The notes under the pieces are model-generated. The model ran no database searches and was not told the origin of the DNA. It worked only from the letters and a program-made list of their open reading frames with translations. 64,000 nt of DNA. Origin: an uncultured Gemmatimonadaceae bacterium. GTDB taxonomy: Bacteria; Gemmatimonadota; Gemmatimonadetes; Gemmatimonadales; Gemmatimonadaceae. Shown here in pieces: positions 22,551 through 33,138 of the stretch. Location: positions 544,001-608,000 of the forward strand of contig CAWHHI010000016.1 of assembly GCA_963829055.1 (NCBI GenBank), written 5' to 3'. Every line of letters starts with the position of its first letter. Position 1 is the stretch's first letter. A program made the position numbers and the translations under genes.

Positions 22551-23543
22551 CAGTCCTGCTCTGCGCGAAGCTCGCGCTTCATGAGCTCCGAGATAGCCCG
22601 CCGGGCCGGTTGAGCTTCGAACAGAATTCGGTGCACCGCCAAGACGATAGGCATGTCCACTCCCTCGCGCTCCGCCAACGCGCGCGCGCTGATCGTATTG
22701 AGCACTCCTTCCGCGACCGTGTCCTTCCCTTCCAATGCCTGCTCGAGTGTGCTGCCCTTTCCCAGCTCCATCCCGAGCGCTCGATTGCGGCTGAGCGCGC
22801 CAGTACACGTGAGGACGAGGTCGCCGAGTCCCGCGAGGCCCGCAAACGTCGACTGTTTCGCGCCGAGCGCGATGCCCAGTCGCGTCATCTCGGCCAGCCC
22901 ACGCGTGATGAGCGCCGCGCGCGAGTTGAAGCCGAGTCCAAGCCCTTCAGCGATGCCCGTTGCGACCGCCATGACGTTCTTGAGTGCGCCGCCAAGCTCG
23001 ACACCAACGACATCATCATGCGTGTAGACACGGAACACGTCCGAGCTCAGTGCACGCTGCACACGCGACGCTGACTCCAGATCCTTCGATGCGGCCACGA
23101 CCGCTGTTGGCTGACCATTCGCAACTTCTGCTGCGAAGCTGGGCCCCGACAACGCAACCACCGGACGGCTCGGCACCGTATCGGCCACGACGTCGGACAT
23201 GATCGACAGAGTACCGCGCTCGATGCCCTTGCTGGCGACTACCAGCACCGCGTCGCGGTGAACGCAGCCGGCGCCACTCGCCGCGACCTCGCGCAGCGCG
23301 TGCGATGGCGCGACGTATATCACGACGTCGGCATCGCCTAACGCATCCGAGATCGACCCGGTGGCGTGCACACGCGGCATTCATCGCTACTCCAGGAAGA
23401 AAGCGCCGGTTCTCACGGGACGCGTTCACCGAGTCGACGACGTCGGGCTCACGCGCCCAGAGCTCGACGGCGTGACCGTTTGCCGCTAGTACGTTCGCGA
23501 GAGCACTGCCCCACGCGCCAGCGCCGATCACCGCGCTCTTCAC
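22550..23543 (-). CDS. gpsA: NAD(P)H-dependent glycerol-3-phosphate dehydrogenase; frameshift near 23370
   Basis: GAGAWGSALA, SKGIE, LSGPSFA, GGALKNV, GLGDLVLTC, SRN. Confidence 0.95.
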
Positions 23544-24220
23544 GAGACGCCCGGTCCATCCAGGCCGCCGCTCTCACCATTGCTCGGTGAAGGCGGCGGG
23601 GGCTGCTTTCTACCGAACCTCGGCTCGTCGCCGCGTCGGAGTCGCGCGATGTTCGAGCGGTGGGTCCAGAAGACGAACGCAGCAACGACAATGCTGACCG
23701 CGAACAGTGGAGAGCGGATGCCACGTAAGACGGCGATCGCGATCGGAAGGACCGCCGCGCCGGCGAGCGACGCGAGCGACATGTAGCCGCTCAGCACCAG
23801 CACGAGGAACCAGACCACGAGCGTGACGCCGATTGCCGCCGGTGCGAGCGCCCCGAAAACTCCCGACGCCGTTGCGACTCCCTTGCCGCCACCGTTCCAC
23901 AGCAGGAACACCGGCCTAACGTGGCCCGCGATGGCCGCGATGCCGAACGCGATGGACCACCATGTGGCGCTCGCAGCGGTAGCCACGCTCGGATCCAGCA
24001 ACCGCGGGAAGTAGAGTACCGGGAGCGCGCCCTTCGCCGCGTCGAACAACAACACCGCGACGGCGATCTTCGCCCCGAGAACGCGGTAGACGTTCGTCGC
24101 CCCGAGATTGCCCGAGCCGTGTTGTCGAAGGTCGATACCCTTCGTCAGCTTGCCAGCGATGTATGCCGCCGGGATCGACCCTGCCAGATAGGCGAGTACG
24201 AGACCCAGGTACGGAGACAC
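23540..24220 (-). CDS. plsY: Glycerol-3-phosphate acyltransferase
   Basis: GSIP, GSGNLGATN, DAAKG, GGKGVAT, HRSNIARL. Confidence 0.95.
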   Translation of the reverse strand: MSPYLGLVLAYLAGSIPAAYIAGKLTKGIDLRQHGSGNLGATNVYRVLGAKIAVAVLLFDAAKGALPVLYFPRLLDPSVATAASATWWSIAFGIAAIAGHVRPVFLLWNGGGKGVATASGVFGALAPAAIGVTLVVWFLVLVLSGYMSLASLAGAAVLPIAIAVLRGIRSPLFAVSIVVAAFVFWTHRSNIARLRRGDEPRFGRKQPPPPSPSNGESGGLDGPGVS

Positions 24221-25529
24221 TTACGCGGCTCGCCTCCGGAGGAGGATGCGCAGCGGGTTGCCAGTGAAGCCCCACGCCTCGCGAAAGCCGTTGTGCAGGT
24301 AGCGCACGTAATGCTCGGCGAGCAGCTCGGGGTGGTTGCCGAACACCGCGATGGTTGGCGGCGCCGTCTCGACCTGCGTCGCGTACATCAGCTTGATCTC
24401 GCGCCCGGCGGCCTGCGGCGGCTGACGCCGCGCCACGAGCGCTTCGAGCGTGGTGTTCACCTGCGACGTCGTGATGCGCTTCGACCGCTCGGCATCGACC
24501 TCGAGCAGGATATCCAGCGCGCGCGTCACTCGCTGACCGGTCAGCGCAGACGTGAACAGGAACGGCACGAAGGAAAGGAATGGAGCCTTCTCTCCGGCCT
24601 CCTTCTGGAACTTGGCGGACGTCTTGTCGTCCTTCTCTTTCAGGTCCCACTTGTTCACGACGACGATCAGCCCGCGCCCCGCCTCCCAGGCGAGATTCGC
24701 GATCTTGAGATCCTGGTTGTGCAGTCCTTCGACGGCGTCGATCATCAGGATGCAGATGTCCGCGCGCTCGATGGCGCGTCGCGACCGCAGGGACGAGTAG
24801 AACTCGATGCCGTCGTCGACTTTCGACTGCCGACGCAATCCCGCGGTATCGATGAACACGATCGTACGTTCGTGGTACCGCATGGGCGTATCGATGGCGT
24901 CTCGCGTCGTTCCAGCGACTTCGGAGACCACGAGGCGGTCTTCCCCAAGCAGCCGGTTCACGAACGATGACTTGCCCACGTTAGGCCGTCCGATCACGGC
25001 CACTTTCAGCGCATCCTGCGCTTCCGGGGGAGCTGGCGGAATGCGTTCGACGACGAGGTCCAGCAGGTCGCCGGAGCTTTTGCCGTTGATGGCCGACACA
25101 GGAATCGGATCGCCCACGCCGAGCCGGTAGAACTCGTAGTAGTCCGTCGAACGCGGGTCATCGACCTTGTTGGCGACGAGCAGAAACGGCTTGCGGGAGT
25201 CGCGCAGCATGTCGACGACGTGCGCATCCATCGGGTGAATGCCCGCTTTCGCATCGACGACGAGCAACAGAAGGTCGGCTTCGGCGATCGCCTGATCCAC
25301 CTGCCGACGGATCTCGAGATCCATTGGCGCCTGCGGCGTTGTCCGTGACGCCACCCGTGTCCACGAGCCAGAACGTGTGGCCGGCCCACTCCGCTTCCGC
25401 GAAATGCCGATCGCGCGTGGTCCCTGCTTCGTCGCTGACGATGGCCGTGTGGCCGCCGACGATGCGGTTGAACAGTTCGGACTTGCCGACGTTAGGCCGG
25501 CCGATGAGTGCAACGACTGGAACGTTCAT
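24221..25529 (-). CDS. der: Ribosome biogenesis GTPase Der; frameshifts near 25325-25350
   Basis: Two GRPNVGKS P-loops, GTTRD, DTGG/DTAG, NKVD/NKWD, KH-like C-terminus. Confidence 0.95.
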
Positions 25530-26833
25530 GCGGCCCGCGCTCCAGGCGCGACTGGCGTGCCCTGTCCTTCGAGCGACAGGACGTCAATGAAATCGTACGA
25601 CGGGTAGACAGGCATCGGCAGGGACTCCCGGAGCGCGATGAAGCGCTCGTCATCGAGGAATAGCCCGCTGTCGTTGATGGTCTCCGCGGGAATGAGTGCA
25701 AGGTCGAGATCGTCGCGTCCATCGAGCGCGCGACGAATGTCTGCGCCGACCAACAGGCCCGCAGTCGTCGTGGTCGGTCCGAAGAGCGAATTCGTGGTGG
25801 GAATGAGGACGAAGCGCGCGCCAGTGTGTGACTCGAGCTGAGCGAGAAGCTCCGGCATGAGCGGCGCCATCGACGTCCCGGTCACGACACCAATGCGGCG
25901 ACCGTCGAGCCGAGGAAGAGTTGGCGCCCCTGCGCGCACGCGCTCGCGGAGCGAGGTGACTGCACCGACACCGTTCTCGATCTGCGCGAAGTCCCCGTAG
26001 TAACTCGCGGCCGGCAGCTCGCGACCTGCGAGCAGATATAGCTCGTCCGATGCGAACACCCACGGGTCGTCACGCTCGGCTTGCCCGCGGGCCGCCCACC
26101 GTGCGACGGCATCGAGCAACGCCCGCGACCGCTCCGCGCTCATGGACTCGCCCGTGTAGAGGTGCGAGAACTGGGTGAGCCCGACGGGAACGATGGCGAC
26201 GGAAATCACGGCGTCGCCCAGGTTCCAGAGATCCGTGAACGACTGCTCGAGCACGTCTCCGTCGTTGAGCCCGGGCACCACGACCATCTGGCAGTGGAAC
26301 TGGATGCCGTGCGCCGCGAGCCGCGTCAGTTGTTCGACAATGTTCGGGACCTTCGGATTGTTCAGTAGCACGCGCCGCGCGTCCCATGGCGTCGCATGCA
26401 CAGAGACATACAGCGGCGACAGGCGGTATTCGATGATCCGCGCCTCGTCGCGCTCCTTCATGTTCGAGAGCGTCGCGAAGTTTCCGTACGCGAACGACAG
26501 CCGGTAGTCGTCGTCGCGGATGTAGAGATTCTTTCTGAGCCCCTTCGGCAATCCCTCGATGAAGCAGAACTCGCAACGATTGGCGCAACGGCGGACCGTG
26601 GGCGGCTCGAGCTCGACACCCAGGTGTTCGCCTTCTGGGCGCTCGATCTCGTAGACGATGTCTTCGCCGTCCGGGAGACGAGCCTCGATGACCAACTCGT
26701 CATCAGCCGTCAGAAATTCCCAGTCCAGGAAGTCGCCGAGTTGACGCCCGTTGACCGAGAGGAGCTCGGTTCCCGGAGCGATTCCTATTTCTTCAGCGAT
26801 GCTACTCGCGGCAACCCGCGCAACTCGGACCAT
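25526..26833 (-). CDS. PDZ + DUF512 radical-SAM-like protein
   Basis: N-terminal PDZ-like segment, [30 protein letters not shown]. Confidence 0.85.
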   Translation of the reverse strand: MVRVARVAASSIAEEIGIAPGTELLSVNGRQLGDFLDWEFLTADDELVIEARLPDGEDIVYEIERPEGEHLGVELEPPTVRRCANRCEFCFIEGLPKGLRKNLYIRDDDYRLSFAYGNFATLSNMKERDEARIIEYRLSPLYVSVHATPWDARRVLLNNPKVPNIVEQLTRLAAHGIQFHCQMVVVPGLNDGDVLEQSFTDLWNLGDAVISVAIVPVGLTQFSHLYTGESMSAERSRALLDAVARWAARGQAERDDPWVFASDELYLLAGRELPAASYYGDFAQIENGVGAVTSLRERVRAGAPTLPRLDGRRIGVVTGTSMAPLMPELLAQLESHTGARFVLIPTTNSLFGPTTTTAGLLVGADIRRALDGRDDLDLALIPAETINDSGLFLDDERFIALRESLPMPVYPSYDFIDVLSLEGQGTPVAPGARAA

Positions 26834-27131
26834 GTACTCCTGCACAGCAAAGGGATGACGCAGTACGCGTTTCCCCCCAGTATACGCAACGAGGAATTCC
26901 GTCTACGGCTCACGTATTTTAGCAGCTACAAGCGGCGAAAACAATCGGAGATAATCACTTCGGCCACCGCGCCGAAGGCTTCATCGAGGGGTGCGCTCCT
27001 CCGCCTGCATAACGAGACGAGCGCCGAACACTACCCGTGTTCGGCGCTCGTACTCCGACTGGAACGTCGCGCTCCTACCGCGCGCTACACGTCGCCAGAA
27101 TGTCGAGCTACTCGTCAAGCTACCTGTCACG

Positions 27132-28616
27132 CTACTTGTCGACGGGCGCGTACTTGAATGCGGCCACGCCCTCTTGCTCCACGGTGATGCGGAACGGCTT
27201 CGATCCCTTCGGATCGACCGCCCCAACGGTCGCTTCCTGCGTCGCAACCGTCTTCCCGGTGTTATCCAGGAAGTCGACCTTCAGCGTGTACGTCTTCGCG
27301 GCGGCCGACAGGTTCTCGATGGTGCCGGCGAGCGTGTGCTTCGCGCCGTCGTGGCTGAACAGGTTGAACGTCACCTTGGCGGTGGGCTCGCTGAACAGCT
27401 TGTAGTACTTCAGCACCGAGTCGTTCAACGCCTTCTTGGCGGCGGGGTTCTTCTCGGCCTTTGTCTTTTCCTGGTAATAGTTCACGAACACCCGATAGTT
27501 CTCCGGGTTGTTCGGATCGACCTCGACAAGGCGCTCCAGAAGCGGCGGCATCTTGTCGTATTCGCCGGTCGTCAGGTACGTGACAGCGAGGTTGAACAGG
27601 CCGTCGCGGTAGTACGGGTTCTTCTTGAGTCCCGCCTCGAACAACTGTCCCGCCTCCTTCGACTTCCCCGCACGTGCTGCGTTCACGCCCGCTTCCAGCA
27701 GCTGCATGTCGGTGAACTTGTCAGGCGATGCCAGCATGTCGGTAAAGAGCTTGTTCGCGCTGGCGCTGTCGCCCGCGAGGAGCTGGACTCGCGCGAGGCC
27801 GGCCTGTGCACCGGCGTCGCCCGGGTACTCCTTGAGGTAGGCCTGATAGGCTTCCGCCGCCTGCTTCGCGATCTCGGTCTTCTTCGCCCCCTCCGCCTGA
27901 TCGGCGGACGCGGCAAGCAGTTGGCCAATGTTCAGCATGACCTGCTTCTTCTCGTCCGCGTAGGCCGTGTCGGTTCCGATCGCGACGAGCATCTTCTGGA
28001 AGGCGTCGACGGCGCCTGGGATGTCCTCTTTCCCCTGGCGCGCATTGCCGATGACGTTCCACGCCACGGGCGACTTCGGATAGATCACCAACGCGCGCTC
28101 GGCGATGGCGACGGCCGAGTCGACCTGCTTCGCGTTATAGAGATTCACGGCCTGGTTGACGAGCCCGACATAGGGCACGCGCCGGTACTGCTCCGTCTCG
28201 GACTCGCATTGCGGCATCGCCTTCTCGACCACGTCGAACGCGGAATCCGCGGCTAGCACGATGTCGATGTTGTCCGGGGGATTGCCGGCATACCCGATCG
28301 CGGCCTTTGGCGTGACGGTCGGCTGATCCGGCAGCGACGACAGCGTCACCAGCGCGCGACCCAGTAGCCAGTTGCGACCGACGTCATTCGCGTTCGCCTG
28401 CGGGTTCGTCAGGAGCCCGATGGCCTTGGCCATCTGCTTCTTCTTCTCTTCGGGCTTGCCGATGATGCCGGCGGTGACGAGCGCGTCACGCGCGTCTTTC
28501 ACTTGCTTGGGCTTCCCATCATCGATCTCGCACTTCGCGGCCGCCTGCGCACGCCCGACACCGGGGACTGCAGCAGCAGCGAGCGCCGCGAGCATGAACG
28601 TCTTTCGAACCATCAT
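27132..28616 (-). CDS. Exported tetratricopeptide repeat protein
   Basis: Signal peptide ending GRA-QA; multiple TPR helices; beta-rich C-terminal domain. Confidence 0.75.
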   Translation of the reverse strand: MMVRKTFMLAALAAAAVPGVGRAQAAAKCEIDDGKPKQVKDARDALVTAGIIGKPEEKKKQMAKAIGLLTNPQANANDVGRNWLLGRALVTLSSLPDQPTVTPKAAIGYAGNPPDNIDIVLAADSAFDVVEKAMPQCESETEQYRRVPYVGLVNQAVNLYNAKQVDSAVAIAERALVIYPKSPVAWNVIGNARQGKEDIPGAVDAFQKMLVAIGTDTAYADEKKQVMLNIGQLLAASADQAEGAKKTEIAKQAAEAYQAYLKEYPGDAGAQAGLARVQLLAGDSASANKLFTDMLASPDKFTDMQLLEAGVNAARAGKSKEAGQLFEAGLKKNPYYRDGLFNLAVTYLTTGEYDKMPPLLERLVEVDPNNPENYRVFVNYYQEKTKAEKNPAAKKALNDSVLKYYKLFSEPTAKVTFNLFSHDGAKHTLAGTIENLSAAAKTYTLKVDFLDNTGKTVATQEATVGAVDPKGSKPFRITVEQEGVAAFKYAPVDK

Positions 28617-28683
28617 GACCTTCTCCTGGGTGGAGCGAGACGCCCTCGAGCGCCGCGCATTCTGTGATCCTACCCTGCCCTGG

Positions 28684-29865
28684 CTACGCCCGTTCCGTCG
28701 CAGCGTGGGCGAGTGTCGTGACATCCTGCAGCGAACGCCCGGTGGCCTCGGCGACCAGGCGCACGTCCTCGTACTCGGGCTTTGCGCGTCGGCGTCCATC
28801 CGGCAGCGCGGAAACCTTCACGCGCACATCGTGCCCGAGCACCTCGACTGTTCGCATGTCGCGTGCGAGGGCGTGTCTCGCCACACGACTCCAGCGCACT
28901 CCTAACGTCGTCGTACGGGAGAAGAGCAACGTTTGCAGCCCTGGGGCCTCGGCATCGCGACACAACACTTCAATGCGCGTGCCCATGCGACCCTTCTTCA
29001 TAACGACGGTGATGCAGGTCACATCGAGCGCGCCGGCTTCGCGTAAGGCGTCCGCCGCGGCGGCTACGTGCTCCGGCGACATATCGTCAATGTCCGTGGC
29101 CAGCAGTGCCAGCGTCTCCTCGCCGCCCCGCCCCGACCCGCTTGCGGCCACTTCCTCCGCGAGCATGATGCGAAGCGCGTTAGGCCGGTCCGCGGGATCC
29201 TTCGTACCGGCCCCGAATCCCGAACGGAGCGGCGTGTATTCGTCAGGCGTGTAGCCTGACGAGAGCACCCGAACCAGCGCCGCGCCAGTCGGCGTCACGA
29301 GCTCACCAGACCCCGCGGGCCCGGGCTTCACGCGGAGCCCCTCGAGCAGTTTGAGCGTCGCCGGCGCGGGCACAGGCAGAACACCGTGCGCTGCCTTCAC
29401 GAACCCGTCCCCGAGCATCAGCGTCCCGCAGTAGACACGCGTTATGCCCAGCTCGTGGAATCCCCAGATCGAGCCGAGGATATCGAGAATCGCGTCAACG
29501 GCGCCGACCTCATGCAGATGCACTCGCTCCATCGTCGTGCCGTGGATCTCCGCTTCCGCCGCCGTCACCGCGGTGAACGCCGCGTCGGCGCGATCGCGCA
29601 CCTCTGGTGGCGCTCCGGACGCATCCAGAATGCGCCGTATGTGGCTGAGATGTCGGCCGTGCGGCTGCGGCGGAACCGTGAAGTCCACCTTCTTGCACGC
29701 GATGCCGGAGCGGTGCACGTCGGTGACGTGCACCGCGACCCCGTCGAGCCCGAGACGATGCGGAAGCGACTTCAGCCACTCCACACTCAGTCCGAGGTCG
29801 ATCAGGGCGCCGAGTGTCATGTCCCCAGCGATGCCGCTGAAGGGGTCGAGGATAGCTATCGGCAC
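28684..29865 (-). CDS. larC: Nickel pincer cofactor biosynthesis protein LarC
   Basis: GIAGDM, HGRH, HLHEVGAVDAI, HG.LPVPAPAT, TPTGAA, IDDM, MKKGR, KPEYED. Confidence 0.92.
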   Translation of the reverse strand: MPIAILDPFSGIAGDMTLGALIDLGLSVEWLKSLPHRLGLDGVAVHVTDVHRSGIACKKVDFTVPPQPHGRHLSHIRRILDASGAPPEVRDRADAAFTAVTAAEAEIHGTTMERVHLHEVGAVDAILDILGSIWGFHELGITRVYCGTLMLGDGFVKAAHGVLPVPAPATLKLLEGLRVKPGPAGSGELVTPTGAALVRVLSSGYTPDEYTPLRSGFGAGTKDPADRPNALRIMLAEEVAASGSGRGGEETLALLATDIDDMSPEHVAAAADALREAGALDVTCITVVMKKGRMGTRIEVLCRDAEAPGLQTLLFSRTTTLGVRWSRVARHALARDMRTVEVLGHDVRVKVSALPDGRRRAKPEYEDVRLVAEATGRSLQDVTTLAHAATERA

Positions 29866-29945
29866 AGCCGGAAAAGTTATCGGGCGCCCGCCGTACAAGG
29901 CTAGCCTTTCACCGCCACGGCGAACGGTTTCCTGACCGGAGCGCC

Positions 29946-31085
29946 TCAGCGGTACGAGGCACCGCTCCCGGTGTTGTAGACGACGACTTCGGCGTTGGGG
30001 TCCAAACGACCTGACTCGACGAGTTTCTGGGTCACCGCGAGGGCGCAGCCGCCTTCAGGGGCAGCGTCGATCCCGCTGCAGGACGCCAGCTGATACGTGG
30101 CCTTTCGGATCGTCTCCTCACCGACGCTGTCAGCCTCGCCTCGGCTCTCCCTCAATGCACGCAGAACGAGCCGATCCCCGAGCGGGCCAGGCACGCGCAG
30201 GCCAGCCGCATGTGTCGACGGGTTCTCCCATGGGGTGGCCGACTCCGCGCCCGCACGGAACGCACGCACCAGCGGCGCGCAACCATCCGCCTGCGCGACG
30301 ATGACGCGCGGGAAGCGCGTCTCTTTCGGTAGCCATCCCCAACGTACCATCTCGGCAAACGCCTTCCACATCCCAATGACGCCCTCGCCGCCCCCTGTCG
30401 GATACACGACGACATCCGGAAGCCGCCACTCGAGTTGCTCCGCGAGCTCGTAGCCGAGCGTCTTGTTGCCCTCGGCGCGGTACGGCTCGCGCAGCGTCGC
30501 GACGTTGAAGAAGCCGTCCGATGCGGCGAACGCGGTTGCGGCCTTGCCCGCGTCGCCAATGTGTCCGTCGACGAGCTGCAGGTCTGCGCCGACCGCTCGG
30601 ATGGTATCGAGTATCGGCTTGGGCGTCGTCGCGGGTGCGTATACCCGCACCGGCACGGCCGCCGCAGCACCGTACGCCGCGAGGGCCGCACCCGCGTTGC
30701 CGGCCGTCGGAACCACGAGCCCCGGAACTCCGTGTCCACGCGCGCGCGTCACAGCGGCGCTCAGCCCTCGGGCCTTGAACGACGCGGTCGGGTTCACCGC
30801 CTCGTCCTTGACCCACAGCCGCCTAACGCCGACGTCCTTCGCGAGTTGCGGAAGCTCGATGAGCGGCGTGAACCCTTCGCCGAGCGAGACGGGCTGCTCG
30901 CCAGCCTGCAGCGGCAGCGCGTCGGCATACCGCCACATGTCCCACCGGGACCGAAGCGCGGCGCGATCCGGCGTCGACGTGATCTCCGCGAGGAACGGTT
31001 GACCGCACTTCGGGCACGTTCCAACGCGCGCGCTGCTCGGTTCGTCGTGGCCACAGCCAGAACAGCGGAGAGTCCAGGTCGTCAC
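29946..31085 (-). CDS. thrC: Threonine synthase (PLP, fold type II)
   Basis: N-terminal CxxC..CPxC, SLGEG.TP, NPTASFKARG, PTAGNAG, YPTGGG, NTGSG. Confidence 0.85.
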   Translation of the reverse strand: MTTWTLRCSGCGHDEPSSARVGTCPKCGQPFLAEITSTPDRAALRSRWDMWRYADALPLQAGEQPVSLGEGFTPLIELPQLAKDVGVRRLWVKDEAVNPTASFKARGLSAAVTRARGHGVPGLVVPTAGNAGAALAAYGAAAAVPVRVYAPATTPKPILDTIRAVGADLQLVDGHIGDAGKAATAFAASDGFFNVATLREPYRAEGNKTLGYELAEQLEWRLPDVVVYPTGGGEGVIGMWKAFAEMVRWGWLPKETRFPRVIVAQADGCAPLVRAFRAGAESATPWENPSTHAAGLRVPGPLGDRLVLRALRESRGEADSVGEETIRKATYQLASCSGIDAAPEGGCALAVTQKLVESGRLDPNAEVVVYNTGSGASYR

Positions 31086-33077
31086 GGTGTGTCGGGAGTT
31101 TGAGAGACATGAAGAACTTCAGGAACGTCGTGCGGGTCGTGCTCGTGGGACGTCGATTCGTTGGGCACTACTGTCTCCGGCAGCGCATCGTTAGGCGTCG
31201 GCTCGGTGGCGTCAGCCACCGCGACGGCCTGCGACGCGCCCGCGACGTCGGATGCAGTCCCCTGATGCGGACCTGCCAATCTGTCGAGCAGCTTCTGGGC
31301 GCTCGATGCGGAAAATCCCGGAAGCGCGGCGATCTGCTCGACCGTCGCCTCACGAACGCCCTGCACACTCCCGAACGTCTGAATGAGCGCGCGGCGCTTC
31401 GACGGTCCGATCCCCGGGATGCTGAGCAGCTCCGACGTGACCGTGCGCAACGAACGCCGCTTCCGATTATACGTCACCGCGAACCGATGCGCTTCGTCCC
31501 GCGCCTGCTGCAGCATGCGCAGCCCCGGTGATCGGCGCGGCAGGCGAACGGGGTCGGAGCGACCGATGACGAAGATCTCCTCCTCACGCTTCGCGAGGCT
31601 GATCAACTGCAGCGTCTCGAGGTTGAGCTCTCGTAGTGCGTCCGCGGCGGCACTCAGCTGGCCCTTGCCGCCGTCGATGACGACGAGGTCCGGGAGCGCT
31701 TTCTGTTCGTCGAGACGCCGCCGAAAATATCGCCCGACGACTTCACGCATCGACGCAAAGTCGTCGGTGCCAACGACCGTCTTCACCTTGAACTTGCGAT
31801 ACTCCGCACGGCGCGGGCGCCCGTTCTCGAACCACACGCACGAGCCCACGGTGTCGGTGCCCTGCGCGGTGGAAATGTCGAAGCACACGAGCGAGCGAGG
31901 GAGGCGTTGCAGCCCGAGGGCACGACCCAACTCGTAGACGGGACTCGTCGCGCGCTCCTCGCTCTCGAGCGTCGCGAGCTTGAGCTCCTCCAAGCAGGTG
32001 CCGCGCATTCTGCTGCGCGAGATCCACGAGCTCGCGCCGCGGTCCGCGTTGCGGTACGACGACGCGCGTGCCCTGCGTCAATGTCTCGATGGCTTCACGA
32101 TCCTCGAAGTCGAACGGCACGAGCAACTCGTCTGCACGTTCCTCCGCGGTCACGTACGTGCGCGCGAGGTAGGCCGACAGCACAGCGGCGTCGTCCTCGC
32201 CATCGATGTTCTCCACGAAGCGATGGTCTCTCCCGAGCAGCTTCCCGCGTCGAATGCGAAGGATCGCGACACACGCGTCATCGCCGTCACGCGCATAGCC
32301 AACGACGTCGCGATCTCCGCCCTCTACTTCCAGCACGACGCTCGGCTCCTCCATCCGTTCGAGGTGCCGCAGCGCGTCGCGCAGCTCGGCCGCTCTCTCG
32401 AAGTCGAGCGACATCGCGGCGTCCTCCATGCGGTCCCGTACGCGGCGAATCACCTCGTCCGCGCGCCCGTCGAGAAAGAGCACGACCTCGTCGATCATCG
32501 CGCGGTAGTCCTCACGCGACTGCGCGAGAATGCATGGCGCCTTGCAGCGGCCGATGTGATGATCGAGGCAAGCTCGCTCGGGCATCTCCTTCGGCATGTC
32601 GTAGTTGCACGACCGGACCGTGAAGATGCGCTTCACGACATTCAGCGCGCGTCGCATCTGTCCGACGTCGGTGTACGGCCCGAAGTACTTGGCGCCATCG
32701 TCGAGCAGGCGGCGCGTGACGAAGACGCGAGGGAACGGCTCCTGGACCGTGACCTTGATGTACGGATACGACTTGTCGTCGCGCAGCGCGATATTGAAGC
32801 GAGGCCGATACTCCTTGATCAGGTTCGCTTCGAGAATGAGCGCGTGCGCCTCGGTCGGCACGACGATCGTATCGAGATCGGCCGCCTGACGCATGAGCGC
32901 GCGCGTTTTCACGCTCTCGAGATGATCGCTGGCCAGGTAGCTCCGGACACGCGAGCGGAGTCGTTTGGCCTTGCCAACATACAGCACGACGCCCTCCGCA
33001 TCCTTCCACAAGTACACGCCTGGTGACTCCGGAAGATGCGGCAGCTTGGCGGTGATCGCGTCGGCGGCAACGAACAT
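31082..33077 (-). CDS. uvrC: Excinuclease ABC subunit C; frameshift near 31995
   Basis: PGVY...YVGKAKRLRSRV (GIY-YIG), DDKSYP, FDIS, IDGGKGQL, RDEAHRFA, HhH. Confidence 0.96.
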
Positions 33078-33138
33078 GCACGAAAACTAGACGCGGGCCA
33101 CTCGATCGTGGAGCCCAGCGGCGTCGACGTCGCGCTCG

